NCBI GenBank assembly: GCA_014860395.1
Contig: JACZJU010000048.1
Location: 1,649-65,648 of the forward strand
Reading direction: 5' to 3'
Origin: Burkholderiales bacterium
GTDB lineage: Bacteria > Pseudomonadota > Gammaproteobacteria > Burkholderiales > SG8-39
DNA: 64,000 nt
Shown: in pieces, positions 1 through 13,833 of the stretch
Layout: each line of letters opens with the position of its first letter
Position numbering within the stretch: the stretch's first letter is position 1
Program-made: the position numbers and the translations under genes
The notes under the pieces: model-generated
Databases searched by the model: none
What the model saw: only the letters and a program-made list of their open reading frames with translations
What the model was told of the DNA's origin: nothing

Positions 1-1
1 G

Positions 2-100
2 CCCAACCAGGTGGTGGATGTGATGCAGAAGGGCTATCTGCTGCACGACCGGGTCATCCGCCCGGCCCTGGTGACGGTTTCGAAGGCAAAAGACGCTTGA
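2..100 (+). CDS. grpE: Nucleotide exchange factor GrpE, 3' end (truncated by window edge)
   Basis: Reads [28 protein letters not shown], the GrpE C-terminal motif; directly upstream of dnaK. Confidence 0.93.
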   Translation, partial: PNQVVDVMQKGYLLHDRVIRPALVTVSKAKDA

Positions 101-123
101 AGCACAGCCATTTAACCCCATAT
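96..123 (+). promoter_or_regulatory. Sigma-32 (RpoH) heat-shock promoter of dnaK
   Basis: CTTGAA (96-101), 14-nt spacer, CCCCATAT (116-123); matches the sigma32 consensus. Confidence 0.85.
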
Positions 124-161
124 CTCTGATAAGTATTTCATTTTTTACCGAGGAACACACT

Positions 162-2087
<1,926 letters not shown>

Positions 2088-2182
2088 GGCGTGAGCAGCA
2101 AGGCGATGGGGGTGAGGAATGATAACCTCGCCCCTTTTGCCGTTGCCTCCCAGCTCCTAACCCATCACTGCTCTCGGAATTT

Positions 2183-3310
2183 ATGGCAAAGCGCGACTAC
2201 TACGAAATACTGGGCGTCAATCGCGACGCGGACGACAACGCGATCAAGAAAGCCTATCGCAAGCTCGCAATGAAACACCATCCGGACCGCAATCCGGATG
2301 ACAAGAGCAAAGGCGCCGATGAGAAGTTCAAGGAGGCGAAGGAAGCCTACGAGGTGCTCTCCGATGCCGACAAGCGCGCCGCCTACGACCGTTACGGCCA
2401 TGCGGGCGTTGACCCCTCCGTAGGGGCCGGGGCGCAGGGCGCCGGTTTTTCCAATTTCGCCGATGCATTCGGCGACATCTTCGGCGACATTTTCGGCCAG
2501 GCGCGCGGCGGGCGGTCGAACGTCTACCGCGGCGCCGATCTTCGTTACAACCTCGAGATCTCGCTGGAGTCAGCGGCGCACGGCACCGAGACCAAGATAC
2601 GCATTCCGACCATGGATGAATGCACGACCTGCCATGGCTCGGGGGCGAAGCCGGGAACGCAGCCGAAGATGTGCCCGACCTGCAACGGCCAGGGCCAAGT
2701 GCGCATGCAGCAGGGATTCTTCTCCATCCAGCAGGCCTGCCCCAAGTGCCACGGAACAGGGAAGGTCATATCCGACCCCTGCCCCACCTGTCAGGGCGCC
2801 GGGCGCGTGAAGCAACACAAGACCCTGTCGGTAAAAATACCGGCGGGCGTGGACGAAGGCGACCGCATTCGCTTGAGCGGCGAGGGAGAGCACGGTGTTA
2901 ATGGCGGTCCGCCGGGCGACCTGTACGTGCAGCTGCACCTGAAACCGCATGCGGTGTTCCAGCGCGATCACGACGACCTGCACTGCGAGATGCCTATCAG
3001 CTTCACCGTTGCTGCCCTGGGCGGGGAAATCGAAATCCCGACGCTGTCTGGCTCTGCCAGAATCAAGATTCCGGCCGAAACCCAGAGCGGCAAGATTTTT
3101 CGCCTGCGCGGCAAGGGCATCAAGGGGGTGCGCAGCCATGCCCATGGCGACCTCATGTGCCATGTGGTGGTCGAGACGCCGGTGCACCTGACGGAGCGGC
3201 AAAAGGAACTTTTGCGCGAGCTGGAAACGATCAACGTGACGGATTCCGACCGCCACAACCCGCGCGCCAAATCCTGGATGGACAAGGTCAAAGAATTCTT
3301 TGCGGAATAG
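2183..3310 (+). CDS. dnaJ: Chaperone DnaJ
   Basis: J-domain HPD motif and four CxxCxGxG repeats. Confidence 0.99.
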   Translation: MAKRDYYEILGVNRDADDNAIKKAYRKLAMKHHPDRNPDDKSKGADEKFKEAKEAYEVLSDADKRAAYDRYGHAGVDPSVGAGAQGAGFSNFADAFGDIFGDIFGQARGGRSNVYRGADLRYNLEISLESAAHGTETKIRIPTMDECTTCHGSGAKPGTQPKMCPTCNGQGQVRMQQGFFSIQQACPKCHGTGKVISDPCPTCQGAGRVKQHKTLSVKIPAGVDEGDRIRLSGEGEHGVNGGPPGDLYVQLHLKPHAVFQRDHDDLHCEMPISFTVAALGGEIEIPTLSGSARIKIPAETQSGKIFRLRGKGIKGVRSHAHGDLMCHVVVETPVHLTERQKELLRELETINVTDSDRHNPRAKSWMDKVKEFFAE

Positions 3311-3360
3311 CAAGGAATTCGCGATGCGCGGGACGATACGTCGTGCTGCGGCGATAGAGC

Positions 3361-3545
3361 TTGCGCGGACGGCGGCCCGTCCGCGCGGATCATCGATTGT
3401 GCACGGATGAAAAGCGCATCCGTGCACAATCGATGATCTTGTATAAAAGCCCCGCAACCGCCTTTGCTTTTATCCATAACCGCGTTTTCTGTACGGATGC
3501 GTATTTATCCGTACAGAAAACGCGGTTGGCGCGCGCAGCGCGCAA
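3361..3545 (+). repeat. ~185-bp four-hairpin dispersed repeat (REP/REPIN- or MITE-like), copy 1
   Basis: TTGCGCG...CGCGCAA ends and two ~22-bp stems; homologous to four other copies in the window. Confidence 0.9.
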
Positions 3546-3580
3546 ATCCACCGGTTGAACTAAATAACGCCGGAAAAAAC

Positions 3581-5005
3581 TCAGGCCCGGCGCCAGGTCG
3601 TCCCCTGTGGTGTGTCCTCGAGAACGATGCCGCCGGCGAGCAACTCCTCCCTAATGCGGTCGGCTTCGGCGTAGTTCTTCGCTTTCTTTGCGGCTGCGCG
3701 CGCTTCAATCTGCTTGTGTATCTTCTCCTCCATCGGGCCTACCGCGGCTTGCTGCGCGCTTCCCTGCGCTATCGGCGCACCGGGCGCCGGGGCAACTGTC
3801 AGCGTGCGCCCTTGAAGGAATTCTGTCGGATTCCGGCCAAGCAGACCCAGTATCCCGCCCAGAGCTTGAAGCGAACCCGCGGCGTTCGCGGACTTCGTTC
3901 GATTTACTTCGGCCGCCAGCTCGAACAACACCGCGACGGCCTCCGGCGTATTGAAATCGTCGTCCATCGCAACACTGAAGCGGCCGGCGTGGTCCTCATT
4001 CCAGTCGATCGCCGTCGCCTGCGGCGGAACATTCTTGAGAGCCGTGTACAGGCGCGTAAGCGCGCCCTTTGCGTCGTCCAGGTGCTTGTCTGAATAGTTC
4101 AGCGGACTACGGTAATGCGCGCGCAGAATGAAAAACCGAACCACCTCGGCGTCGTACTGCTTCAGTACCTCGCGAATGGTGAAGAAGTTGCCGAGCGACT
4201 TGGACATCTTCTCGTCGTCGACGCGCACAAACCCATTGTGCATCCAGTAGTTCACGAAAGCATTGCCGTGCGCGCCCTCCGACTGCGCAATTTCGTTCTC
4301 GTGATGGGGGAACTGCAGGTCCTGGCCGCCGCCGTGGATGTCGAAATGCGCGCCGAGCAGCTTGCACGACATGGCCGAGCACTCGATGTGCCAGCCCGGC
4401 CGTCCTTCGCCCCATGGTGACGCCCATGCCGGCTCACCCGCCTTCGCGCGTTTCCAAAGAACGAAGTCGAGCGGGTCGTGCTTGCTCGGATCGGCTTCCA
4501 CGCGTTCGCCCGCGCGCAATTCGTCCAGCGTCTTGCCAGAGAGCTTGCCGTAGCCGGGAAATTTGCGCACGGCGTAATTGACGTCGCCGCTCCCCGCCTG
4601 GTAGGCCAGCCCCTTGGCCTGCAGCTTCTTGATCATATCCAGCATACCGTCAATATGCTGGGTGGCGCGCGGCTGGTAGTCGGGCTTTTGCACTCCCAGG
4701 GCCGCGGCATCCTCGTCCATGTACGCGATGAAGCGCGCGGTGAGTTCGCCAATGCTCTCGCCGTTTTCGACGGCGCGGCGGATGATCTTGTCGTCGATGT
4801 CGGTAATGTTGCGCACGTAGGTCACGCCAAACCCCGAGGCGCGCAGCCAGCGCTGCACCATGTCGAACACGACCAATACGCGCGCATGGCCCAGGTGGCA
4901 GTAGTCGTAAACGGTCATGCCGCATACGTACATGCGCACCTTGCCCGGCTCGATCGGGACAAAATCCTGCTTGCTGCGGGCAAGGGTGTTATATATCTTC
5001 AGCAT
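3581..5005 (-). CDS. cysS: Cysteine--tRNA ligase
   Basis: [13 protein letters not shown] and KMSKS motifs; start set at MLKIY. Confidence 0.98.
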   Translation of the reverse strand: MLKIYNTLARSKQDFVPIEPGKVRMYVCGMTVYDYCHLGHARVLVVFDMVQRWLRASGFGVTYVRNITDIDDKIIRRAVENGESIGELTARFIAYMDEDAAALGVQKPDYQPRATQHIDGMLDMIKKLQAKGLAYQAGSGDVNYAVRKFPGYGKLSGKTLDELRAGERVEADPSKHDPLDFVLWKRAKAGEPAWASPWGEGRPGWHIECSAMSCKLLGAHFDIHGGGQDLQFPHHENEIAQSEGAHGNAFVNYWMHNGFVRVDDEKMSKSLGNFFTIREVLKQYDAEVVRFFILRAHYRSPLNYSDKHLDDAKGALTRLYTALKNVPPQATAIDWNEDHAGRFSVAMDDDFNTPEAVAVLFELAAEVNRTKSANAAGSLQALGGILGLLGRNPTEFLQGRTLTVAPAPGAPIAQGSAQQAAVGPMEEKIHKQIEARAAAKKAKNYAEADRIREELLAGGIVLEDTPQGTTWRRA

Positions 5006-5170
5006 GCGCAAAAAGCGGCCGGAATGCGTTCGGTTGCGCCGCGCATTCGGCGGGAAGGCGGCGACGCCGCCAAAGCTCCGGCAGGGGCCTTTATCGTCTC
5101 TATTGTGGAGGTTAGGGTGTTCTTGTTAGAATGCAAGGCTAACTTTAATGGCGTCAGAAAGTATATCACA

Positions 5171-6223
5171 ATGCACACCCTCGTTCTCCGCATCGCCTTC
5201 GCCTTCAGCCTTGCTTTGGCCGCTGCCGCCGTCCATGCCGACGAGCTGCAGGACATCAATCGCATGATGAAGCAGGGCCAGTTGCCGCAGTCCCTGGAAC
5301 GCGTCGACAAGTACCTCGCCGGCAAGCCGCGCGACGCGCAGGGACGCTTCCTGAAGGGCCTGATTCTGACGGAGATGAACCGCCCGAACGAGGCAATCCA
5401 GGTGTTTCAGAAGCTGTCGGAGGACTACCCCGAATTGCCCGAGCCGTACAACAATCTGGCGGTCCTGTACGCCTCGCAGGGCCAGTACGACAAGGCCAGA
5501 GCCGCGCTGGAGAGTTCCATACGCACGCATCCCAGCTACGCCACCGCGCACGAGAACCTGGGAGATATTTACGCCAAGCTCGCCAGCCAGGCTTACGACA
5601 AAGCCCTGCAACTCGACTCCTCGAACACAGGCGCCAAAACCAAGCTGGCCATGATAGGCGAATTGATCAGCGGCGGGACGCGCAGCCCCCGCACCGCCGC
5701 AAGCCCGGAACCAGCCAAGTCGGTGGAGGCCGCCCCGACCAAGGCAACCGATTCCGGCAAGACCAGCGTAGTTGCGAGCGCCAAATCGGGCGCGGAGACC
5801 AGCGCAACCGAACCTAAGACCGCAAAACCCCAGACTGCGGAGACCAAGGCTACCGAGCCCAAAGCCGCCGCAAGTAAGGACGCCGAAACCGACGAACTCA
5901 TCAAGACCGTGCAGGCCTGGGCCAGTGCCTGGTCGAAGCAAGATGTGCCCGGCTACCTCGCGCACTATGCCAAGGACTTCAAGACGCCCAAAGGCGAGTC
6001 GCGCGGCGACTGGGAAAAACTGCGCAAGCAGCGCGTCAGCGCGCCGAAGAAGATCGAAGTCGAGATAAAGTCACCCAAAGTCAGCATTAACGGCGACAAC
6101 ACGGCCACCGTAAGCTTCTACCAGGTCTACCGGTCCAATATAATCAAGGCCTCGGGAACTAAAACCCTGGACATGGTCAAAAGCAATGACAAGTGGCTAA
6201 TACGTGAAGAGCGAGTCAACTAA
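5171..6223 (+). CDS. Exported TPR protein with C-terminal NTF2/SnoaL-like domain
   Basis: Signal peptide, TPR motifs (PEPYNNLAVLY), Ala/Thr/Lys linker, WASAWSKQD domain. Confidence 0.8.
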   Translation: MHTLVLRIAFAFSLALAAAAVHADELQDINRMMKQGQLPQSLERVDKYLAGKPRDAQGRFLKGLILTEMNRPNEAIQVFQKLSEDYPELPEPYNNLAVLYASQGQYDKARAALESSIRTHPSYATAHENLGDIYAKLASQAYDKALQLDSSNTGAKTKLAMIGELISGGTRSPRTAASPEPAKSVEAAPTKATDSGKTSVVASAKSGAETSATEPKTAKPQTAETKATEPKAAASKDAETDELIKTVQAWASAWSKQDVPGYLAHYAKDFKTPKGESRGDWEKLRKQRVSAPKKIEVEIKSPKVSINGDNTATVSFYQVYRSNIIKASGTKTLDMVKSNDKWLIREERVN

Positions 6224-6226
6224 TTG

Positions 6227-7420
6227 ATGCAGTTGCGGCGCGGGTTATCGAATACATTACTTGCCGGAGCGCTGGGTCTCGCCAGCGCCGTCTTCATTTC
6301 ACCGCCGTCTGCTCAGGCAGACGAAAGCACTGACGATCAGCTGGGGAAGGTGTTCGAGGAAATCGAAAGCAACCACCTCGATCTGGCACTCAAGCACGTT
6401 GAGGCTTTGCTCCGGGCCAAACCCAATTTTCGCCTGGCCTACCTGATCAAAGGCGACCTGCTGCTGGCCCGTGGCCGTGCAATCAAGGCCTTCGGCAATG
6501 CCCCTCAAGGTACGAGCGCGCGGCTCGACGACCTGCGCGCCGAGGCGCTGGTCCGCCTGCACGCCTACCGCGACCGACCATCGCAGGACCGGGTGCCGCG
6601 CTACCTGATGCAGATGCGCCAAGATCAACGCTACGCCATCGTAGTCGACAACAAACGCTCGCGCCTGTACCTTTACCAGAATGAGAACGGCCGGCCGCGC
6701 TTCGTCGCCGATTATTACATCAGCATTGGCAAACGCGGCGGGGAGAAAACGCGCGAAGGCGATGACAAGACGCCAGTAGGCGTGTATCACGTCACGGCCA
6801 GCCTGCCGCGGAACAAACTCTCCGATCTATATGGCAGCGGCGCCTTTCCCATCAGCTATCCCAACGAATGGGATAAGCGCCACGGCAGGAACGGCCATGG
6901 CATTTGGCTGCACGGCACGCCCAGCGATACCTACAGCCGCGCCCCGCGCGCCAGCAACGGCTGCGTGGTACTGGCCAACGCAGACCTGGACGCATTGTCC
7001 AAGAAGCTGCAAATCGGGCTCACGCCGGTGATTATCAGCGAACAGATCGAATGGCTTTCGCTGGATGACTGGAATGCCGAGCGCAATGCGCTCAATGCGG
7101 AAATCGAGAGCTGGCGCAGCGACTGGGAAAGCCTGGATACCGAACGCTATCTGACCCACTACTCGAGCAAGTTTTCCGCCGACAATCAGAACTTCTCTGA
7201 ATGGGGAAGACACAAGCGCCTGGTCAACAGCGGCAAGAGCTGGATCAAGCTGAAACTGTCCAATTTCAGCATGTTCCGCAATCCCGGCAAGGAGGAACTG
7301 GTAGTCGTGACCTTCGACCAGGACTACCGCTCGAACAACTTGATCAACACGATGAAGAAACGCCAGTACTGGACCAAAGAAGGCGGCAAATGGCGCATCA
7401 TCTACGAGGGCGCGGGCTAG
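6227..7420 (+). CDS. L,D-transpeptidase (YkuD) family protein with NTF2-like C-terminus
   Basis: IWLHGTP...ASNGCVVL catalytic motif; GDDKTPVG. Confidence 0.88.
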   Translation: MQLRRGLSNTLLAGALGLASAVFISPPSAQADESTDDQLGKVFEEIESNHLDLALKHVEALLRAKPNFRLAYLIKGDLLLARGRAIKAFGNAPQGTSARLDDLRAEALVRLHAYRDRPSQDRVPRYLMQMRQDQRYAIVVDNKRSRLYLYQNENGRPRFVADYYISIGKRGGEKTREGDDKTPVGVYHVTASLPRNKLSDLYGSGAFPISYPNEWDKRHGRNGHGIWLHGTPSDTYSRAPRASNGCVVLANADLDALSKKLQIGLTPVIISEQIEWLSLDDWNAERNALNAEIESWRSDWESLDTERYLTHYSSKFSADNQNFSEWGRHKRLVNSGKSWIKLKLSNFSMFRNPGKEELVVVTFDQDYRSNNLINTMKKRQYWTKEGGKWRIIYEGAG

Positions 7421-7558
7421 TCGTCCCCGTCCACAGGCCGGTACAAACCAGTCAGCGCAAAACGCGCAGAAAACCGGACTTGGTCTTTTGTGCCCCCCTT
7501 CCGCGTTTGTCGCGGTCGTGACCGCTGTATATCCGAATTGAAAAGAAGGGCTAGAAAC

Positions 7559-8134
7559 ATGCGCTCGTTTCAGTTTCTGATTTTGGGCATCCTGCTTTGG
7601 TCGGCGCAGGCATTTGCCGCCAACCCGCTAGTCGAAATGAAGACCAGCGCCGGCGCCATACGCATCGAGCTCTATCCCGACAAGGCGCCGAAAACGGTGG
7701 CGAACTTCCTGCGATATGTAAAAGACGGCTACTATGACGGCCTGGTCTTTCACCGCGTCATCGACGGCTTCATGATCCAGGGCGGCGGCTTTTTTCCGGA
7801 TCTCAGTGAAAAGAAAGGCGCCCGCCCGCCGATCGAGAACGAGGCCGGCAACGGGCTGAAGAACGAGGTCGGCACTGTCGCGATGGCACGCACGCGCGAC
7901 CCAAATTCGGCCACAGCGCAGTTTTTCATCAATGTCGCCGACAACGCCCCCCTCAACTTTCGCGACCCCAGCCCAGACGGAATCGGCTACGCCGTTTTTG
8001 GCAAGGTGACCCAGGGCATGGAGGTGGTGATGCGCATCGCGCACACGCCTACCGGTCCGGGCGGCCCTTTTGCCAAGGACGTGCCGCGGCAGCCGGTCGT
8101 CATCCAATCCCTCACCCTCATTAACGACAAATAG
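7559..8134 (+). CDS. ppiA: Periplasmic cyclophilin-type PPIase
   Basis: Signal peptide; [14 protein letters not shown] and AQFFIN motifs. Confidence 0.9.
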   Translation: MRSFQFLILGILLWSAQAFAANPLVEMKTSAGAIRIELYPDKAPKTVANFLRYVKDGYYDGLVFHRVIDGFMIQGGGFFPDLSEKKGARPPIENEAGNGLKNEVGTVAMARTRDPNSATAQFFINVADNAPLNFRDPSPDGIGYAVFGKVTQGMEVVMRIAHTPTGPGGPFAKDVPRQPVVIQSLTLINDK

Positions 8135-8144
8135 CGAGCCCATC

Positions 8145-8636
8145 ATGGTCAAATTGCACACCAACCACGGCACTATCACCCTCGAACTCAACGCCGCCAA
8201 GGCCCCAAAAACGGTGGAGAATTTTCTCGCCTACGTGGCGAGCGGGCATTACGACAACACCGTGTTCCATCGCGTAATCGACGGTTTCATGATCCAGGGC
8301 GGAGGCTTCGAGCCGGGCATGAAGCAAAAGCCGACGCAGGCACAGATAGAGAACGAAGCGGCCAACGGCCTCAAGAACGAGCGCTACACCGTCGCCATGG
8401 CGCGAACTTCCGACCCGCACTCAGCCAGCGCCCAGTTTTTCATCAACGTCAAGGACAACAGCTTCCTCAACCATACCGCGCCGACGCCGCAGGGCTGGGG
8501 CTATTGCGTGTTCGGCAAAGTGGTCGAGGGCATGGACGTGGTGGACAAAATCAAGGCCGTCAAAACCGGCAGCCGCGGCGGTCATCAGGATGTCCCCGCC
8601 GAAGATGTGGTAGTGGAACGCGCCGAGGCGGTATGA
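8145..8636 (+). CDS. ppiB: Cytoplasmic cyclophilin-type PPIase
   Basis: [14 protein letters not shown] and WGYCVFG motifs; ppiB-lpxH synteny. Confidence 0.93.
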   Translation: MVKLHTNHGTITLELNAAKAPKTVENFLAYVASGHYDNTVFHRVIDGFMIQGGGFEPGMKQKPTQAQIENEAANGLKNERYTVAMARTSDPHSASAQFFINVKDNSFLNHTAPTPQGWGYCVFGKVVEGMDVVDKIKAVKTGSRGGHQDVPAEDVVVERAEAV

Positions 8637-8736
8637 ACACGGGGACGGCGCGCAGCATCCAGGGCGCGCGTCCCCGGCAGGCTAGCTAGCTAGCGATCGA
8701 TTCTATCCGCGTTCTGCGCCCCGCCCGGCGGTCCGC

Positions 8737-9465
8737 TTGAGCACCCTCTTCATTTCCGACCTGCACCTTTGCTCCGGCCGCTCACAGAGTAACCGTTGCT
8801 TCTTCGGTTTTCTCGAAAGTGAGGCACACAGCGCGGACGCTCTTTACATCCTCGGCGACCTGTTCGAGTATTGGGTCGGCGACGACGATCTGGACGACCC
8901 GTTCAACTCCACTGTGGTCGCCGCCCTCGCCCGCCTGGTCGCAAGCGGAGTCCCAACTTACCTGATGCATGGCAACCGCGATTTCGTCATCGGCGAGGCG
9001 TTTGCGCGTGCCAGCGGGGTCACGCTGCTGCCGGATCCCACTTTGATCGAGCTGCACGGGCAAGCGGTGCTGCTGATGCACGGCGACACCCTGTGCACCC
9101 TCGATCTGGAATACCAGGCGTTCCGGCGCGAAGCGCGCAGCCAGACCTGGATCAGCAATCTCCTGCACCAACCCCTCGCGCAACGCAAGGCCGCGGTCGA
9201 AGCGCTGCGTCGTAAAAGCGAGCAGGAGAAGCGCGGCAAGCCGGCCGAAATCATGGACGTCGCGCCGGCCGAAGTCGAGGCTGTCTTGCGCCGCTACGGC
9301 TATCCGCGGCTGATCCACGGCCATACCCACCGTCCCGCCCGCCACGTACACAGAGTCGACGGCCATGTCTGCGAGCGCTGGGTGCTGGCGGATTGGTATC
9401 ATGGCGGCAGCTATCTCGTCTGCGACGAATCCGGCTGCCGCGCGGTGCAACTGAGCGGAACCTAA
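8737..9465 (+). CDS. lpxH: UDP-2,3-diacylglucosamine hydrolase
   Basis: DLH, GDLFE, HGNRD and HGHTH motifs. Confidence 0.95.
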   Translation: MSTLFISDLHLCSGRSQSNRCFFGFLESEAHSADALYILGDLFEYWVGDDDLDDPFNSTVVAALARLVASGVPTYLMHGNRDFVIGEAFARASGVTLLPDPTLIELHGQAVLLMHGDTLCTLDLEYQAFRREARSQTWISNLLHQPLAQRKAAVEALRRKSEQEKRGKPAEIMDVAPAEVEAVLRRYGYPRLIHGHTHRPARHVHRVDGHVCERWVLADWYHGGSYLVCDESGCRAVQLSGT

Positions 9466-9491
9466 GAACTCGTTGCATACGGCGAAAGACC

Positions 9492-9674
9492 TAGCGCGCT
9501 ACGCGCGCCAACCGTGTTTTCTGTACGGATGAAAAGCACATCCGTACAGAAAACACGGTTATGAGTTTAAGCTAGGACGGGGTTACCTTTATACGAGATC
9601 GCGAAATACGCACGGATACGCTTTTCATCCGTGCGTATTTCGCGATCCGCGCGGACGGCTTTTCGTCCGCGCAA
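9492..9674 (-). repeat. ~185-bp four-hairpin dispersed repeat, copy 2 (inverted)
   Basis: Reverse complement aligns with copy 1, with compensatory stem changes. Confidence 0.9.
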
Positions 9675-9744
9675 AGAAGACTCTGTAACGGACGCGATTC
9701 CAGTCGCACGTATGAAAGCCGCGGCGGCTTTCACTGTTACCATT

Positions 9745-10917
9745 TTAGCTTAGTCCGCGCTCGAGATCGGCTTGAATGTCGCCGAGCGACTCCAGGCCAA
9801 CAGCGACGCGCAACAACCCCTCGCCTATGCCCGCCGCCTTGCGCGCTTCGGCGCTGATACGGCCATGGGTGGTCGTGGCAGGATGGGTAATCGTGGTCTT
9901 GGTGTCGCCAAGATTGGCGGTGATCGAAATCATGCGCGTCTCATCAACCACCCGCCACGCCGTCTCCCTCCCCCCCTTGACCTCGAACGACACCACCGCG
10001 CCGCCGAGGCGCTGCTGCTTCTTCGCCAGTGCATATTGCGGATGCGAAGGCAGGCCGGGATAGTACACGCGCTCGATGCCGGTGTGCCGTTCCAGCCACT
10101 GCGCCAACTGCAGCGCAGCCTGCGACTGCGCGTCCATGCGTATGCGCAATGTTTCCAGCCCCTTCAGCAGCACCCAGGCATTGAACGGAGAAAGGCTCGG
10201 CCCGGCTGTACGCAAGAAGCCGTAAACGCCGTCCATTACCGCTCCCCGTGGTCCCACCACCGCTCCGCCCAGCACCCTGCCCTGACCGTCCAGATATTTG
10301 GTCGCCGAATGAATCACCAAGTCCGCTCCGAGTTTCAGCGGCTGCTGCAGTGCCGGTGTACAAAAACAATTGTCCACCGCCAGCAGCGCACCCGCGCTTC
10401 TGGCTACCGCCGCCAGCGCCGCGATATCCGCGATCTCGGTAAGCGGGTTGGACGGGGTCTCGACAAACAGCAGCTTGGTGTCCGGGCGCAACGCCCCCTC
10501 CCAGGCGGCGACACTGGCGCCGGCGACGAAGGTGGTCTCCACGCCGAATTTGCCCAGGATGTTGGAGAACAGTTGCACCGTAGAGCCGAATACACTGGCC
10601 GAGCACAGCACATGGTCGCCCGCCTTGAGCACGGTCATGGCCGTCGCCAGTATCGCGGACATGCCCGAGGCAGTGGCAACGCAGGCCTCGGCGCCTTCGA
10701 GGGCCGCGAGGCGCTCCTGGAAAGCGCTCACCGTGGGGTTGGTGAAGCGCGAATAAATATTGCCTTCCGCGCCGCCGGTGAATCGCGCCGCCGCCTGGGC
10801 TGCGTTCTCGAACACAAAACTCGAGGTGAGATACATCGCCTCGGAATGTTCGCCGAACTGGCTGCGGTGGATGCCGGTGCGCACCGCCAGGGTATCGAAT
10901 TCGCTTGTGTCTGCCAT
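9745..10917 (-). CDS. metZ: O-succinylhomoserine sulfhydrylase
   Basis: YSRFTNPT and HSATKYLDGQGR (PLP Lys); downstream of purF. Confidence 0.95.
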   Translation of the reverse strand: MADTSEFDTLAVRTGIHRSQFGEHSEAMYLTSSFVFENAAQAAARFTGGAEGNIYSRFTNPTVSAFQERLAALEGAEACVATASGMSAILATAMTVLKAGDHVLCSASVFGSTVQLFSNILGKFGVETTFVAGASVAAWEGALRPDTKLLFVETPSNPLTEIADIAALAAVARSAGALLAVDNCFCTPALQQPLKLGADLVIHSATKYLDGQGRVLGGAVVGPRGAVMDGVYGFLRTAGPSLSPFNAWVLLKGLETLRIRMDAQSQAALQLAQWLERHTGIERVYYPGLPSHPQYALAKKQQRLGGAVVSFEVKGGRETAWRVVDETRMISITANLGDTKTTITHPATTTHGRISAEARKAAGIGEGLLRVAVGLESLGDIQADLERGLS

Positions 10918-10938
10918 GATTCCGCCCGGTCAAAATGC

Positions 10939-10972
10939 AAAAAACCCGCCTAGCTTTGGCTAAGACGGGTTT
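10939..10972 (-). terminator. Intrinsic terminator in the metZ leader (riboswitch expression platform)
   Basis: Minus strand AAACCCGTCTTAGC-CAAA-GCTAGGCGGGTTTTTT. Confidence 0.75.
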
Positions 10973-10976
10973 CCCA

Positions 10977-11054
10977 CGCTTTAGCTGTATTTGTTTGCCG
11001 GTCGGTGAACCAGGAACCGGCTGCGCCCGCAAGCTATGCTTCAAATCGGCGCAG
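10977..11054 (-). ncRNA. SAM-II riboswitch (long-loop variant) upstream of metZ
   Basis: Minus strand CUGCGCC-GAUUUG...UUGC-GGGCGCAG-[GCCGGU..ACCGGC hairpin]-CAAAUACAGCUAAA; SAM-II pseudoknot consensus upstream of a Met gene. Confidence 0.88.
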
Positions 11055-11098
11055 CGCTACGTTACTACCGTAGCGCGAAGGTGTCAATCAACACCCTT

Positions 11099-12622
<1,524 letters not shown>

Positions 12623-12626
12623 GGTT

Positions 12627-13115
12627 TCACCTGTAACGGATGCGTTGCGCCAAATCTTTCGGTAGCGCCGGCCTCGCAGCCAGCACCGCAGTTTCAACCG
12701 GGCCGGACAGCGCGGCCTCGCGCCAGAACGACTCCTTCGGCAAGCTGGTCAACCCGGCGAACATTACACCGATGAACACAATCACCGCCCCGCGAACGAA
12801 CCCGAACAAGGCGCCTACGGCGCGGTCGGTAAAACCAAGGCCTGCCGCATGAAACAGCTTGGCCAGCAGTAAGCCGACCGTTCCAGACAGCAGCAGCACA
12901 CCGAGAAAAATCACCAGGTAAGCGATGACCACCCTCAGCATATGCGACAAACTCGCAGGCAGCCACTGCGCCAGTTCCTGTGCAAACAGCCCCGACAGTA
13001 TCAGCGCCGCTGCCCATCCCGCCAGCGCGGTGATTTCCCTCACCACCCCACGAAATAGCGCCAGCAGCATCGACAGACCGACGATGATGACTACGGCATA
13101 GTCAAACCATGTCAT
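12627..13115 (-). CDS. cvpA: Colicin V production protein CvpA
   Basis: Hydrophobic; RGVVRE and DRAVGALFG motifs; cvpA-purF synteny. Confidence 0.92.
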   Translation of the reverse strand: MTWFDYAVVIIVGLSMLLALFRGVVREITALAGWAAALILSGLFAQELAQWLPASLSHMLRVVIAYLVIFLGVLLLSGTVGLLLAKLFHAAGLGFTDRAVGALFGFVRGAVIVFIGVMFAGLTSLPKESFWREAALSGPVETAVLAARPALPKDLAQRIRYR

Positions 13116-13726
13116 CGGCTTACGACGGCACCGGGCTTGAGTCCCATCTTCTCCAGCTTGGCACGCGCCTTCTCCGCAGCCTCCTTGCTCGCAAAAGGCC
13201 CGGCGCGCACGCGCGTCAGCTCGCCCTTGCTGGTCTTGACCGGCTCAGTATATGACTTAACCCCGGCCGCAGAAAGCTTGCTGCGCATCTGCTTTACGTT
13301 TGCCTCATCGGCGAATGCGTCGAGGGCCACGACCCAGGCCTGGTCATTAAGTGCCGCCCTTGCGCGCAACTCTTCGGCCTTGCTTTGCGACTTGGGCGCC
13401 TCCTTCGCTGGCGCCGGTTCTGCATTGGCCTCTAGCGTAGCCGCCTTGACCGCAGCAGGTGGCTCGGCTTTCACCGGCGCAGGCTTGGCTTTTGCCTCAG
13501 GGGCAGACGCGGCGGGCATGGCGGGGGCGGGCGAAACGACACCGGATTTGAAGCCGCTGGATTCCTGGTTGGGGATCTGCACGCTGAGCGGCGGGCCGGC
13601 CGGCCCCGGCTCCTTGTCCAGAATGAGCGGCAGTATGATGACGACGAAAGTCACCAAGGCGATGGCGCCGACCAGGCGGCGACGGGCTCGCCGTTTCAGC
13701 TGCAGGGCTTCTTCGCTTTCGGCCAT
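13112..13726 (-). CDS. dedD: SPOR-domain cell division protein DedD
   Basis: RRRLVGA plus TM helix, Pro/Ala linker, SPOR domain (RVRAGPF); folC-dedD-cvpA synteny. Confidence 0.88.
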   Translation of the reverse strand: MAESEEALQLKRRARRRLVGAIALVTFVVIILPLILDKEPGPAGPPLSVQIPNQESSGFKSGVVSPAPAMPAASAPEAKAKPAPVKAEPPAAVKAATLEANAEPAPAKEAPKSQSKAEELRARAALNDQAWVVALDAFADEANVKQMRSKLSAAGVKSYTEPVKTSKGELTRVRAGPFASKEAAEKARAKLEKMGLKPGAVVSR

Positions 13727-13833
13727 CTACGCCTTTGCATACATTGCTAATTCAGGGGGCCAAGGTGGCAAAGGACGGGCCCCTCCCGCCCTTCATGCTC
13801 CGCCAAGCCGCTTCGGCAACGCTGAAACGACCT

